Of a stretch of DNA of 64,000 bases, positions 51,663 to 64,000 are shown piece by piece (the stretch's first letter is position 1; each line of letters begins with the position of its first letter). Source of the DNA: Ophelia neglecta. Taxonomy: Eukaryota. The notes under the pieces were generated by a model. That model was given only the letters and a program-made list of their open reading frames with translations. It searched no databases and was not told the origin of the DNA. A program made the translations under genes and the position numbers. The stretch is from positions 17,856,001 to 17,920,000 of the forward strand of contig OZ260667.1 of assembly GCA_965285935.1 (NCBI GenBank), written 5' to 3'.

Positions 51663-53599
51663 TTAGTGTTAAGTCGTTTACTGGCCTTGCTTAAACTGGC
51701 AGTAATTTAAGATATAACTTTCTGCTGGAAATTTCCGATGTATTTTTCTAGGTGGGTTATCTTACAGGATCGTTAAGCAGTCCAATATTACAGGCAACTC
51801 GCGAACGGAATGAATCTATCATATCTATAATAATTAAATGGGTTTAGGGAGCGATAACTATTTTGAATTATAGTCTCATATGTCCGACTTGGACAATATG
51901 TTTCCAATGTGCAAATTGAAAGTGACAAATTCCGATTGCGTATACCCGGGTTCGTATATGGACAAAACTCAGCACTTCCTACAGCAATTCTAACAGCGAT
52001 AGCTAACTGAACAGAATGAAAAGGAGCATCCGCGTAGGCCTGACGATGGCGACATTCCTATTTTATTGGAGAGTTGTCAGTGACAACCCTCAGTCAGAGA
52101 GCAGACGTTCATTAATTAGCAATACCGTATTGTGTTCCGCACAAGACTGGAAAACTGCTTATCCGCGTTCGTATATGATTACCTGCCACAAACGTTGACA
52201 AGGTTTTGACCATGAATATCATAAACCCATAATATATATTCTCCACCTAGGCGATCGCGAATAAACATCCGGCTTTATAGGCTGAAAAGAATTGCCATCT
52301 AGGTGACTAGATAGGAGAAACTATGGACAGATGTGTCTATGCCATATCATACAAACAGGACACGTCGCTGTATTTCCTGTGAAGGCTCTCCTGAAGATAT
52401 ACTATAAACCTTTAATACCAGTGAATTGCAGAGGAAGTATGTCCTTTTATCAAGACTATTCAGATATGTCTTAACTTGTAAATAGTGCAAGCGCAACAGG
52501 CACTTCAATAGACATGTCCAGCATACAAATTCCTGAACTCGCCTCTAGACGACTAAATTTCATTACTCTGAAAGACTGGAAGGCTGGATGAATTGCATAG
52601 ATACGACACTGGGTGTGGCAAACACATCACTCTCACGGTACATGGTCAAACTTAATGCTATATTTTACCATTATATATTTCCTACCATTAATTTGCGTCA
52701 TTGCTTGGTTGTAAGTTCCCACGAATCGAAATTTGGTTTACATTGAAAGGCAGGGATACATACATTTACTTCCATTATTTGATGCTAACGAAGAGAAGAT
52801 TTGTCCCGACACATAGATCCACATTTTTAAACCTAACTACCAATTCTATCATAAAAATTGTCTAATAACAAAATCATAAATCCATTAGCATCAAGAAATT
52901 AATGAAAATCTAAATTGCTATCAGTCACAGGAATGACATGTTGAAAAAAATATCAATTTTTTGGACCCAAATGGACCAAAATTCATAGGCTCAAATCTCG
53001 TTTATGCCACATATTTAATATGCATCGCAAATTTATTCTAAGTATATGTAGGCCTACATTATTTATTTACGTCATTTGATTAGACATATACTTTACTACT
53101 GGGAACGATTTTCCAGCATGCTTAGTGTTTAACAATAAGTATGTCACATGTTTTGTTCTGTATCTAATGGCTGACCAACTGGTTCATGCCTTCAAAAGAG
53201 TTATGGGGCCGACAAAATATCAATTCCGCTCCAGAGTTGGGAGGATTGCCCACTGGATTACTGGACAGCCATACAACATAACACACGGGAAGCGTTCCGG
53301 AAAAGAAACACAATTGTCTGACTTCGCAGGCCCGAGGATCTTACTAATATATTACTAATGCCTTGCAGTAGAGTACCATATCATCATCGTGTGTTTCCCT
53401 CCCCGCAACACCCATGGCTTGCAATAACTCAGTGTGTCAGTATTCGGGCCTTTGATGTCTATGCACTTTCTTCTAAGCAGATGTGAAGAACGTGCTAAAC
53501 AAGTGTGCTTGGCCAGGGCTTTTGGCAAAAGCTTCCTGTTCATATATTACAGCTTTCCATATTATCCCAGGTTTCCATGTTTATACAGTGAATGCCTCT

Positions 53600-53830
53600 G
53601 GCCATGTGTGATTCAGCGCTTGCTCTAAATGTTGATGACTTCCGACAATTGACTCCAATTGGAGAGCATCCCCTATTTGGGTTCTGAGAAGAGTCGCTAG
53701 GGGTCCATCACTTCCACAGGTACTAGTGCTGTTAATAGCGCATGATGCTGAATCCGGGGTTGTCGATTTGCTGATGGATATAACCCTGGAAATCTTCAAT
53801 TAGTTTTAAGGTTTTACTTTGAAACCACCC
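53600..53830 (-). mobile_element. Possible ancient LINE apurinic endonuclease fragment
   Basis: QSKTLKL..QQIDNPGFSIMRY and LATLLRTQI..LESIV resemble the ETKL..IPGY..R.DR..GG..YIR..ESI pattern; heavily decayed. Confidence 0.3.
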
Positions 53831-56800
53831 AGTCCTGTTCCTAGATGTAGCATCAACACCCAAGCGAATACCCGGCAGAGCCCACCCAACCTTTAAGAAT
53901 ACTAACGGAGAGAAACACAGCATATATCCTGTTCAAAAGCAAAAAGATAATAAGGGTGAAGATAGGAAAATTCAAAGAGAAGGAACGACAACAACAAGCA
54001 AAAGAGGACAGAAATTTAAGAAGAGAGAAAGAAGACCTGGAAAAAAGAAGAGAGAAAAGACTGAAACCAAGCAATTGGCATCGCTATTTTCGTTTCAATT
54101 AGGCTAGTCACGATAAAAGATAGTAAAATGAAATATTATGTTGAGAAGTTGCAAAAACCTAAAGGTTTGGAATTAATTGAAATCGATATTAAAGAAATGT
54201 CTAGCCTCTTCGAATCTTCGATCGCATCCTAGCTCTTTGAATGGCTTCATCAGGGATGGTTCTCCAGAAATTGCTCCCTCCAGGAATCACTTCTTAGAAG
54301 AGTCGCTTTCCCCAGCAATGGCTTCCGCAAGGATCGCAAAACAGCTTGTTACGATCTCAACGCAAATATTAAGTAAAATATAACGGGTGATGACAAGTAG
54401 CCAACAGTGTTACATGAGGCATGTCAAGGAACACAACAAATACATCTTTGGTTAACCTAGGACATGGAAGAAATATGCCCCATACCAGAATCAATGTTGG
54501 GCAAGGTCTCCCAAGACTGTGAGACTATAGAAAAATCTGTCTCAATAAACACAAGACCACATAAGGATGCTAAATTTCACGGCATTCTCAACTGGAAATT
54601 GGTTTTATAGCTTCTTTATATTAGAAGGCAATAAGGTGTAAGGTATGTAAAGTGATCTGTTTTTACTTTTATTGTGACTGAACACTTGCATCCACAAACT
54701 ACAACCATGATATAAAGATCACACAAAACCATTTCAGTCTTTGACTGCGTATATGTTTAACCAATAATAAGTAAACGTGAACCTGAACCTCTACAAGGGA
54801 GTCGTCGCTTGCAATTTGACTCTTCTTTAGCCCAAAAGAGACCTGATTTCGTAATACTTTTCTGTGAATTTGAAATGATATTTTAATCTGTTCATAACCC
54901 AGGGTAGCAGGGCATCGTGTCTTTTATGACCATCAGAGCACATAATTTAACAAATGACACAAGTCTCTAAGTATACACATTGTATGATTCAGAGATCGAA
55001 ACATTGATATAAACGAATATGATCGTTCATTATTGGAAAAACAAAACATTTCTTGTGTCGTAAAGGTGAGATCTGTAAGTGCTATTTTTGGTTAAGATAA
55101 AATTAATGTCACTAACATTGTTTGAAGTTTTTGCTATACACCGAGATTAAATCGTCTAAATATCTAAAATGACCGGGAAGACAATTTTCAGGCTATGTGC
55201 AACTGCCCCTCCTTTGCCAAATTATTCAAACGTTCTACATAGCTAACTAATACGACACTATTATAGAAATGATCCTAGATCTGTGAATCTTAGCATGTCA
55301 GGTACACTGAGAATGGGTTTATAGATTTTTTGCTTTGTGATATATATTTGTATTCAGTGTTTTCATAACCACTGTTTTCAAATTCAATACCGGCAGTGGG
55401 CGCTGACGTTAAAGAATACTTTATTACATTCATATATTGAACCTACAGCAACAAACATCCCATATTTCGATACTAAAACACGTGTAGTGTTACCACACCG
55501 GCTGTGCCAATAATCATATCTTCCAGGTTATTACTTAGGAACATAATTCTACCAGCGTGCGGTTACCTGACAAGACGGTAGTAGGTATCTAAACAAGGCA
55601 ACATCATTAATCAAAATGAATCCAGTAAATCTGCTCGAAATCATCAGATATGACAAATTGCACAATTACCGACAATATGCCTACAGCAAAATTCATTTAC
55701 TAGTGCGGACAAGATAAGTATAACAGGTATATGTTACACTCACATGAAGCATGCCCTGAGCTGCATGCTGTTTTACATAGATATTGAACCTACCGCAAGA
55801 TGAATTATTACTTATTAGTCTGAATGTTAACAGGTCATAGTCTATTTGAGATCTATTTTTATATTCTTTTAGCATAAGCTTATTAAATTGTAGAATCTGT
55901 GATTTTTGATATAGATAATTAAGCAGAAGGAGTATATTTATTTCGTTCGCCCTTTATCAATGTACTTTATATTATGCCGCCTTTTCGAGCACAGCGGAAT
56001 ACCGGGTAACATTTAGGCAAAGAAATCGCGGTCACGATTTTGATTTAAAAAATAACACACAAAAACTTCCGCGATATAAACTTCCTGTGTGAAAACGTGT
56101 GCCCTATATATCTCCAGGCTCATGCACTAGCTAAAAAGCAATCATTCAATCTCCATATGTATAAAGTGGAACACCGCCTATTAACTCGACTTATCAGCTC
56201 GACACTCGTATAAATAATGTCTCACTCCTCTAGCGCAGGCCTATCCCGACTTGTAGCCAATACCTCCTATATAATTACTGAGTTGGATTAATGCTTTTTG
56301 GGACAAACATGACCTTATGCCAGTACACTACAAGGCAGTCCCTTCTGTATACAAGGGGAAATTACACACTCCTCAAAGGCGTGACAAGACTGCCATGAAG
56401 TTCATCTGTAAAATCGGGAATATCAAACAGGCGCCATACTGTGTAATTTTCTCTGCACTATCATGATTCACAGATAAAAGGACATCATTATCAGAAGTCG
56501 ATATGCATCTCTCAATCAACCGAGGCCCACTTCAATTTCTTTTATTTTCGATTACACTGAATATCTTGGTTTACATCTCTTTATCGTGACATTTCTATCG
56601 ACGCTTTAAAACTCATAGAAGACAATTTATTGCTAGAGGAGCCATCGTTTTCAATTAACTTGTGGAATTCACACCTTTTTTATATAGTAGTCAGGTATTG
56701 ATTGCAGCGATATCAATTTAAACGACGGCTAGCCGTATTCTGAATTGAACATCGGCCAAAAAGTTCTTGAAAGCTCCTATGTTAACTATAAAACAAAATG

Positions 56801-57124
56801 ATATAAATGGACGCATGAATATGTACACATTAATCCATTTACTTTCCGACACTTAGCATACGTCTATACCTAACAGAATAATCATTATGCAGTTTAATTT
56901 AAGTTTACTGTGTTAGCTCTAAAATGGAAGATAATGTAAATCAGACGATCGATATAATATTATGTATTTGGTTAGCAACTTAACACTTCTTAGCTACCTT
57001 GAGGATTTACTTCTGTTAAAGCTACTGAAGTGTACCCTATACTACTTATAATCTGCTAGCGTGTTCTACCGAGCCTTATATGTCTTTGCTATTTGCACGT
57101 GTTCCAACTACAAATTTTCAATTG

Positions 57125-57270
57125 TCTGTTTTTCCGGTTGCACCATACTGGTTCCGGCCTGGGAACTGAGGACAAAAGGGTAAAAGATGGAACGGATGCT
57201 GGCCGCACCACGAAATGACGCTAGCGGCGCGAGTCGTCGCACGAGTTCTGGCGCGCTTTGTTGATTAGAA
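57125..57270. promoter_or_regulatory. CpG-rich putative promoter segment
   Basis: Local CpG cluster (tgacgctagcggcgcgagtcgtcgcacgag..ggcgcgc) with two TTCCGG ETS-like cores, just upstream of the 57582 exon candidate. Confidence 0.4.
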
Positions 57271-57686
57271 CAGAATCGTGCTTATACGATATAAATCAAC
57301 CGCCACATGAAAATGTAAAGGCCTAATATGTTTTTTGGTACAAATATTTTAGATAAATATAACTCCTGTGTTGTTAATAGTTTCTATAGTTACGCTCAAC
57401 CAAAGGTTCTGCCTTCATCATATTAGAATACACGCGCACTCGGATTACTGTGAGAACATACCTCTGTGAAACTGGACCTATGTTTTAGAATTTAGCTTTC
57501 CCCTTTAACGTTTATTTAAGCTTAATTTCAGTGCATTTCAGATACAGTAACAAAGCAAATAAATTGCTCTGTTTTTTCCAGTCAGCCGAAAACCGGAGCG
57601 CCCCTAAAGGCAGAGGTCACTCTATACTTTACTTGAACTTTAAGACTCGGGTGTATCAATTTACCAATCATCGTCAGTGTAGAGAG

Positions 57687-57766
57687 ATGGTACGATGCGT
57701 GGTTTTTATCAGCTTGATAGTTTTTGTGTTGTGTAAAGCCTGCGCGAGCCCCGTCGAACTCTCACA
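57687..57766 (+). CDS. Candidate exon encoding a signal peptide (MVRCVVFISLIVFVLCKACA-SPVELS)
   Basis: ATG in gagATGG context, basic residue, hydrophobic core and an A-C-A cleavage motif. It ends at donor CA|GTAAGC (57767); upstream acceptor ttttttccag at 57581. Confidence 0.5.
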
Positions 57767-58639
57767 GTAAGCTAAAATGCATATCGAGCAATTACGCCGC
57801 AGTAGCCCAGTCATGTGACTGAATATTACTAGTACACGTAACTGTTTTATTGGTTTACCAGGCACTTTTCGTTCTTGCCCGTCCTGCACCGATTGTCAAT
57901 GGTATTCTGCAAAATGAAAACGTAATCCTACAATTGTGTTGGAATCGAAGCTGTTGCCAGTAAACTCAAATGAAGTCCTCCACATGTAGCAGGCATGTGG
58001 CCATAACCTTTTTTAGGCTGAAAGGGAATCTCTTCATCATAATAACTCGGTCACAGATGGATCGATAGTCCTAGATTGCCCTCTAGCAACGCATGTGTTA
58101 TAGATGGATGACTTATTAATAGATGACAACAGGCGATGGTGTTGATATGGCAGGTCGTATGAAAAGGGCCGTGGCATCCAACGCCGTCGATGAATTCATG
58201 TAATGCTTTGATTATAATCATTGAACAAAGCCAAGCCGGCGCTCAGGAATGCTGACATAGGCTACGTGGTGATATGGGCCATGGAAACAGATAACATCAT
58301 CTTACATCATATTGTTGATGATTCCCACGGGAATCTGACATTTGGCGAAAGGAAAATAAACGCTAGCCAATAACGCTGTATTTCAACATAATTTTACCTG
58401 CAATCTATATGACGCAATCACTCAAATTGAAAAATGGCTACTCACATGTGTGAAATAAAAACGCACATAACTAACATTTTCTCACTTATTGCCAAAGGAA
58501 TATGGAGGAAGGATCAGACAGTCGTTTATGTTCCCCGCCGTTTGATTAGATTAGAGTTAGTCATTTGGCTGTCCAAGAAAACGAGGCGGGTGATTTTCTT
58601 GGTGGTTTGGGGTTGTTCTGAACGCTTGTATCAGATCGA

Positions 58640-59067
58640 GAGTGCATCCCCCATACAGTCACCTCCCCTGAAGACAGCGCGCCGTATGCCCGCCCTGCTC
58701 AACGGCTGTCGGCGCTCTCAGCAACCAACCGACGCTTATATCTACCAGCCAATGCTTAAACGCTCTCAAGCTAGAAGCCGCGGTGAAAACGATCCGAGGC
58801 TCGCCTTCATACAAACTATTATATTCGCGCTCAAGCTTGTAATCTCACACGTGATTGAGTATAAGCAGACCTGAGTTTTTCGTGACTGGTAATTCGAGGG
58901 ATAAGTTTCTACCCTTGGGATTCCGTCACCAAGGAAAGGCGAAATTGGATAACTCGCATAAGACAGGCGCTCTCCAGGAAAAAGTTAAGGACGCTGTGTT
59001 AGCAGGTTCAAGTCCAAGGCATCTGAAGGGGCCCATCCATGCGTGGGTATATATCTGCCCGGTAAGT
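58640..59067 (+). promoter_or_regulatory. Second CpG-rich segment with CCAAT box, ending in a strong splice donor; candidate alternative first exon of the GPCR
   Basis: agccaatg at ~58748, CpG enrichment, and CCG|GTAAGT at 59062. Confidence 0.4.
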
Positions 59068-59822
59068 GTCACGCAATGCCTTGATTTTCAATCTACGACA
59101 AATCCCAGTTGACTGTTTGCAGTGAAGGGGTTCATAGTATGTTGAAATGACCTGTGCTGTTATAAGCATCTCGGCAGAAACAGAATCCTAGCTCACTGGC
59201 TGAAAGTTTTATTAAGATTAACTACCGGGGTCGTGCGTTATATCCTGGAAACTATTTGACAAGTAACTTAATCAAGAGAAAATGTGCATGCATGTAGACA
59301 TGTTATATGATAATTGAAATGTGGTTTGTTATATCCGTTTTATGACTATGATCAATATCTCTCAACGCTTTGTCCGACTGGCTGTTAATTGTCTTTTCCA
59401 ATTTCCTTTAGCCTATGAAATCTTATAGCAGTTTGTAAGAACGAGCCGACAGATATAAGAACAAATATGACCAAGCAACTCTCACTTGGCCTATTAACGT
59501 CACGGTGCGATTTTAAGTCCGAAAAACTTTTCTGCTGGTAGACGGCTTGCTATTGTTAGGACTTCGTCACGAGCCTATATGCCCGCAGGCCCTGTGTAGA
59601 AGACAGTGGAACCCTTGCAGTTTTATATAAACTGCTTTCTCGAGCGCAGTTATGGCAAGCAAATCAAATAGAAAGTAGTTTTTATGCCACCTGATTCACC
59701 AATGAAAATTTACCACGTATTGACGAGATTACGTTCTCCTGTTAGACGGTGGAAGGCTTCCTTGTGGCTAATTCAAATATAATTGGATAAAGAAGGGCTT
59801 AAGTTTGTTTTTATTTTTTCAG

Positions 59823-59907
59823 GACGAAATCGTAGAGCCCGAGTGAAAGCTCTCGCCAAGGTCGCCATTGCTCACGCCTGTTCAAACCAGCTGTAGTCTT
59901 ACGCCCG
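59823..59907 (+). other. Candidate 5'-leader exon
   Basis: tttgtttttattttttcag| acceptor and CCG|GTAATG donor. Confidence 0.4.
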
Positions 59908-61168
59908 GTAATGGAGAAGTGCTGAATTTATGTGTACCGGAAGCATTGCGGTAATCTCGCCTCCGTGAGCTGACACCGATCTGTCGATGAAGGCAAACCA
60001 GCCATCAAGAGACCCGCCAACTCTCTGATTGGCTATTTCACTTTTAAACATATGACTTAACATATGACTTTCTGTGTGGCAGCTTTGCGGTGGAAAGTGA
60101 CTTATAAAAATGGGAAGTAATAATGTATGACTAGTACCATCTGACCATTCACGTTATCGTCCTGCACAATCTTTGCCTGGATTAAGGTCGCCGAAGGATA
60201 TGAATTCTTCCTTGGCCAAAACGACGCCATGTAACCCAACTTTCAAGTGATTGCATATTCCCCCAGGCGTGAGTTTGGAGTGGCCGGTTGATCAGATGCG
60301 TAGAGGAAGTAGCGGTGATTGGTCTACATACTGGGCTAATCAATCATCAATTGTTTAACAGTAAGGATCGTTGATTTTAGGAAGACAAGGCGACTAAACC
60401 TAATTGAACGAAATGACTTGTTAGTTGTGAGGTAATAACCAGCCGCTCTGTGGCGCAGACGACACACATGGTCCGGTGAGATAAGACCTAAGCTAATATT
60501 TAGCAATCCTCCGGCTACTAAACGGAGTACTCGGTCTTCATTCGATGCACATTTAATCTACGACCATCATAAACTCATAATCTGCTACAGAGAAGGTCAT
60601 CTTGATCCAGCCGTAGTCAGCGTCGGAACAGGAAGTCAGCCCCTGGCACAATTCTCGTGTGGGCGAGGGTCGAAATGAAAAGTGGAGTGCTCGAGAAATG
60701 ATCCCCTCTGAACTGACTTTCGAAGTATGAGCTCGTTTTTCATTTAGGCCATATGCAGATACGTTGGTTTCTTGACCGACATTGATGGGTTTCAGTAGAT
60801 GTTCCATTACACTTAGGAAAAATAACTACACGGTGGCAAGCCAACAATAAAAGAGTGGCTAACGCAGACGATCATTATTTGTGGGCCATTAAGGTAGCTT
60901 TCTATTGTCAATCCGTCTAGAAAACAGCTTCAGTTTATTGATATTTACTAAGTGAGCTTTGTGACGATACCACATTCTGCTTTTTCTCTCCAGTAAAACA
61001 AGATATGGATTTATAATTGCCTCACAAGAAGTACATCTATTGTGTCTTCCTGGTCGAACATTATTGCCGAAGTAACGGGTTTGGTTACCCTGTTATTATG
61101 GTCTTTGTATGTCTGAGACAAACAACCTTATCCGAGGTTCAAAATACTAATTGTGAGTCTGTTTTCAG

Positions 61169-61219
61169 GACAATGGACCCTTTCTTTTCAAGAAAGTAAA
61201 ATTCTAGTTACGACATAAG
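61169..61219 (+). other. Candidate 51-nt leader exon
   Basis: Branch-point TACTAAT at 61145, tctgttttcag| acceptor, AAG|GTAACG donor. Confidence 0.5.
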
Positions 61220-61800
61220 GTAACGTATGCCTACATTTGTGGCGCCATCCTTGACACGGCAGTGTTAAAGCAAAAACTTTATTCTGAGACTAAATTGGAG
61301 AGTGCAAGATTGTCGTCAGAGCTACTGGAAAAAAAAGCTTCGATCTATACGTCCTAAGTATTCATCAGGTAAAAAAAAACTGCGAAGAAAAGATCGGGTT
61401 TCTTATCTGAGAAGCTGTAGTAAAAAACAAAGAGATGTTTTTTTGGTGTTTACGTGGGAATGATTGGCCACTTCTGCAGATTTACTGTGGAACATCAGAC
61501 GTGTCTTAGTCAGAGCAAGAATTCGTCCCGATAAAGGCTATACTTGACGTACAATTGGTTGTGCTTATTTTCCAAATTATAGGAACGTACCTGGACTTAG
61601 ATTAGTGTGTGGACTGAAATATCTTAGACACTGTAACAGTGCCTCTGAGATAATTAGACCCGGCACATTGGTTTGATGCATTGTGAGGCGTTCCCGTTTT
61701 CTGTTGGACAGTGACTACAGTGCAGAAAAGAAGGGCATCTGCATGTTATAGCTAATAACTCGTAACATTGTTCAGAAAGTGTGTCTAAATTGGTATAAGT

Positions 61801-62910
61801 ATGACGAAATTTTGTCTTAATCTCACCATCAACTCGTCCAATGAAGGTAGCAAGTACAACGTCACCACTGATTGTGCCCTGTTTGACTTTGCGGTTTACA
61901 CCATTTTGGTAGGCACCATGTGCATTCTAGGAATCACCGGTAACGTCATCAGTTTCAGCGTCCTCTGGCGGGACACTAGTAACTCGGCCACTGGGTTCCT
62001 GCTGCGTGCGCTGGCCGTGGCCGACTCCATGGTGTTGATAGTGGCCATTCCTTTGTACTCGGCCGCCTTTGTCTATCCCTTCACCGGCGTTTTACAGGGC
62101 TACTACGAGATGTACATGAACATATTGCCTTACCTGTGGCCTTGCTATCTCATACCCTACACGGGAACTATTCTTCTTACCGTTCTTGTTTCGCTCAACC
62201 GCTATTTTGCCGTCTGCCGACCATTTAATACAAACAAATTCTGCTCAACCCACCATGCCCGACGCCACGTTCTGTATGTTGCCTTGTTTTCCATCCTGTA
62301 CAATATTCCACGCTTCTTCGAGTATGAGAAAGTCGAAGTCTGCACGGGGTATAACCAGTCCCGTGAAGCCTTTGACATCAGCTCTTTTGGTGGCAACAAA
62401 CTGTATCGGATAATATATGCAAATGTACTGTACTTTCTTGTAATGCACGGAGGACCACTACTTTTGTTGTCGTTTCTGAATGCAAAACTCATCATCGCAT
62501 TGAAAAAACGTCAGAAGCGAAGAAATGAGATGGGCAAAGGCGGATCTGGGTACCAACAGGACATCACGCTGGTACTGGTAGTAGTCGTTTTTGTATTCAT
62601 ATTTTGTCAGACCCCGACTTTTATTGATCACATCCTGTGGACGGTAGTGGACGAGTCCCAGCGGACTTGCGGAAACTGGCACTACTACTACACGGCAATC
62701 GGAGATATGCTGGCCATTCTGAACTCCTCTGTCAACTTTGTGATATATATTCTGACAAGCCGGCGTTTCAGACAAGGGTTGCTGACGACCTGCACTCCGA
62801 CACAGGAGTTTCTACGTTTACAGTCTGGTGCAGGTAGGATGGACTTCACCATGGCGTCCCAAGGACAGCCATTAACAAATGGAGACACGCCACAGGGGCC
62901 AGACTCTTAG
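61801..62910 (+). CDS. Rhodopsin-family (class A) peptide GPCR, FMRFamide/proctolin/sex-peptide-receptor-like group
   Basis: Intact 369-aa ORF with seven hydrophobic segments and motifs GITGN (TM1), LAVAD (TM2), SLNRYFAVCRP (TM3), YNIPRFFE (TM4/ECL2), CQTP (TM6), NSSVNFVIY (TM7). Three N-terminal N-glycosylation sequons; in-frame stop at 61786; likely exon acceptor at 61582. Confidence 0.97.
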   Translation: MTKFCLNLTINSSNEGSKYNVTTDCALFDFAVYTILVGTMCILGITGNVISFSVLWRDTSNSATGFLLRALAVADSMVLIVAIPLYSAAFVYPFTGVLQGYYEMYMNILPYLWPCYLIPYTGTILLTVLVSLNRYFAVCRPFNTNKFCSTHHARRHVLYVALFSILYNIPRFFEYEKVEVCTGYNQSREAFDISSFGGNKLYRIIYANVLYFLVMHGGPLLLLSFLNAKLIIALKKRQKRRNEMGKGGSGYQQDITLVLVVVVFVFIFCQTPTFIDHILWTVVDESQRTCGNWHYYYTAIGDMLAILNSSVNFVIYILTSRRFRQGLLTTCTPTQEFLRLQSGAGRMDFTMASQGQPLTNGDTPQGPDS

Positions 62911-64000
62911 CCAATCAGAGGCCGCCTTCCTGATATTGACCAATGGGATATTTAACCTGAGCTGTTCCATCTTATTATTGAACCAAATTTGTAAATACTT
63001 GTGATTTATTCTTATTTATAACTTTTAGCAATACCTTAATTCATAATACTGTTGAAATTTATTACAAAACCAGTTCTTGTGACAGCCTGTAAGCTATCCA
63101 TGTTCCACTTCACGTGAATTATTATATTATTGATAATTTTAATAATTGTTAAATTGGATTTGGCACAGTTATAAGATACTTTGCAAACTGCAAAATGTCA
63201 CGATTGCAAAGAGCAGGGTATTGACAAGATTTCTACCCGAGCCGAGCGTTCCATGTCACATAGAAATTAAAACATGTTGGGTTCCTAGTCGTCGGCAATG
63301 TAATGTGGGTTATGAAATGATCGCGTGCCTCTCGAGAGTCGCTCATCTACTATATGATCCGTCGCTGGCCCGTTGGCAAACTAGATTAATTTTCCTAGGT
63401 TAGAGCACATTCACTTATTAATATGGGTGATATGATTAGTAATTTTGATCCCCTATTATTTACCTACAGCAAACACATATCCTGCATTGTCCGCCCATAG
63501 CTGATTTCAATATTTAATGCCTAACTGACAATTACTGTTTAACAAATGCCGGCATCCGACAATATTCCTAGCATGTATTGGCAATTATCGGGTGATGAAA
63601 AACCCGTCAGATGGTTTTTACAATGTGACGTTTTTGCCACTTAACCGTGTGCAATTACTCTCAAATCGCCCGGTTTGCGGCGCCAGTTATCTATTTATTC
63701 ATAGGCTTCCTCCTACCAGCACCGAATGATGTACTGGCTAGCAGGCAGAACGGTCCCCGGAAACGATCCACAACACCAGAAAGAAATCGTCCTTATACTC
63801 GTCTCCTGTCTTAAGGCCTCTTTGACATCGTAATGTTTTTGCAGACCGTGTTTTACAAGCCCATCTGTCGTGGAGCCAATGCGTTTTAACTGCCATTGGC
63901 TCCTGTTTCCTTTCAGCAGAAATCATAAAGTCAAATCAGTGTGGTTTACTGATAAGCCGGGCCAGCCAAGGTGCACCCTAGCCAATAAAAGTAAGCAATG

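Noticed and set aside
53940-54070. K/E/R-rich coiled-coil-like translation
   Set aside because: Purine-rich low-complexity DNA without convincing exon boundaries.
58434-58874. 146-aa ATG ORF upstream of the GPCR
   Set aside because: No recognisable protein features; it overlaps a GC-rich promoter-like segment where open frames arise by chance.
62186-62888. Several short overlapping or antisense ORFs inside the GPCR
   Set aside because: Shadow frames of the real CDS.

Overview
This is animal (eukaryotic) genomic DNA, AT-rich and most likely from a lophotrochozoan invertebrate, judging by the Meta/MESC-type SINE, the RTE-X-like LINEs and the FMRFamide-receptor-like GPCR. The first ~36 kb is a repeat mosaic. 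It contains an ~11.85-kb-period segmental duplication carrying a tRNA-Gly-like element, a 170-bp tandem and 132-142-bp tandems. It also holds decayed LINE fragments, an OTU-protease relic, a SINE inserted into a minisatellite, and a ~189-bp satellite array between repeated flanking modules. The remainder is mostly non-repetitive within the window, with old transposon relics and one orphan exon-like ORF. The only clearly intact protein-coding gene is a single-coding-exon rhodopsin-family peptide GPCR (61801-62910). The best lead lies upstream of it: a signal-peptide-encoding exon (57687-57766) can splice in frame to a small exon (61169-61219), giving a 36-aa secreted-peptide-like ORF ending in RK, apparently in the receptor's own 5' leader. 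That model is inferred from splice signals only. Most short ORFs in the supplied track are noise. No prokaryotic systems or CRISPR arrays are present. Repeat boundaries are estimated by eye.
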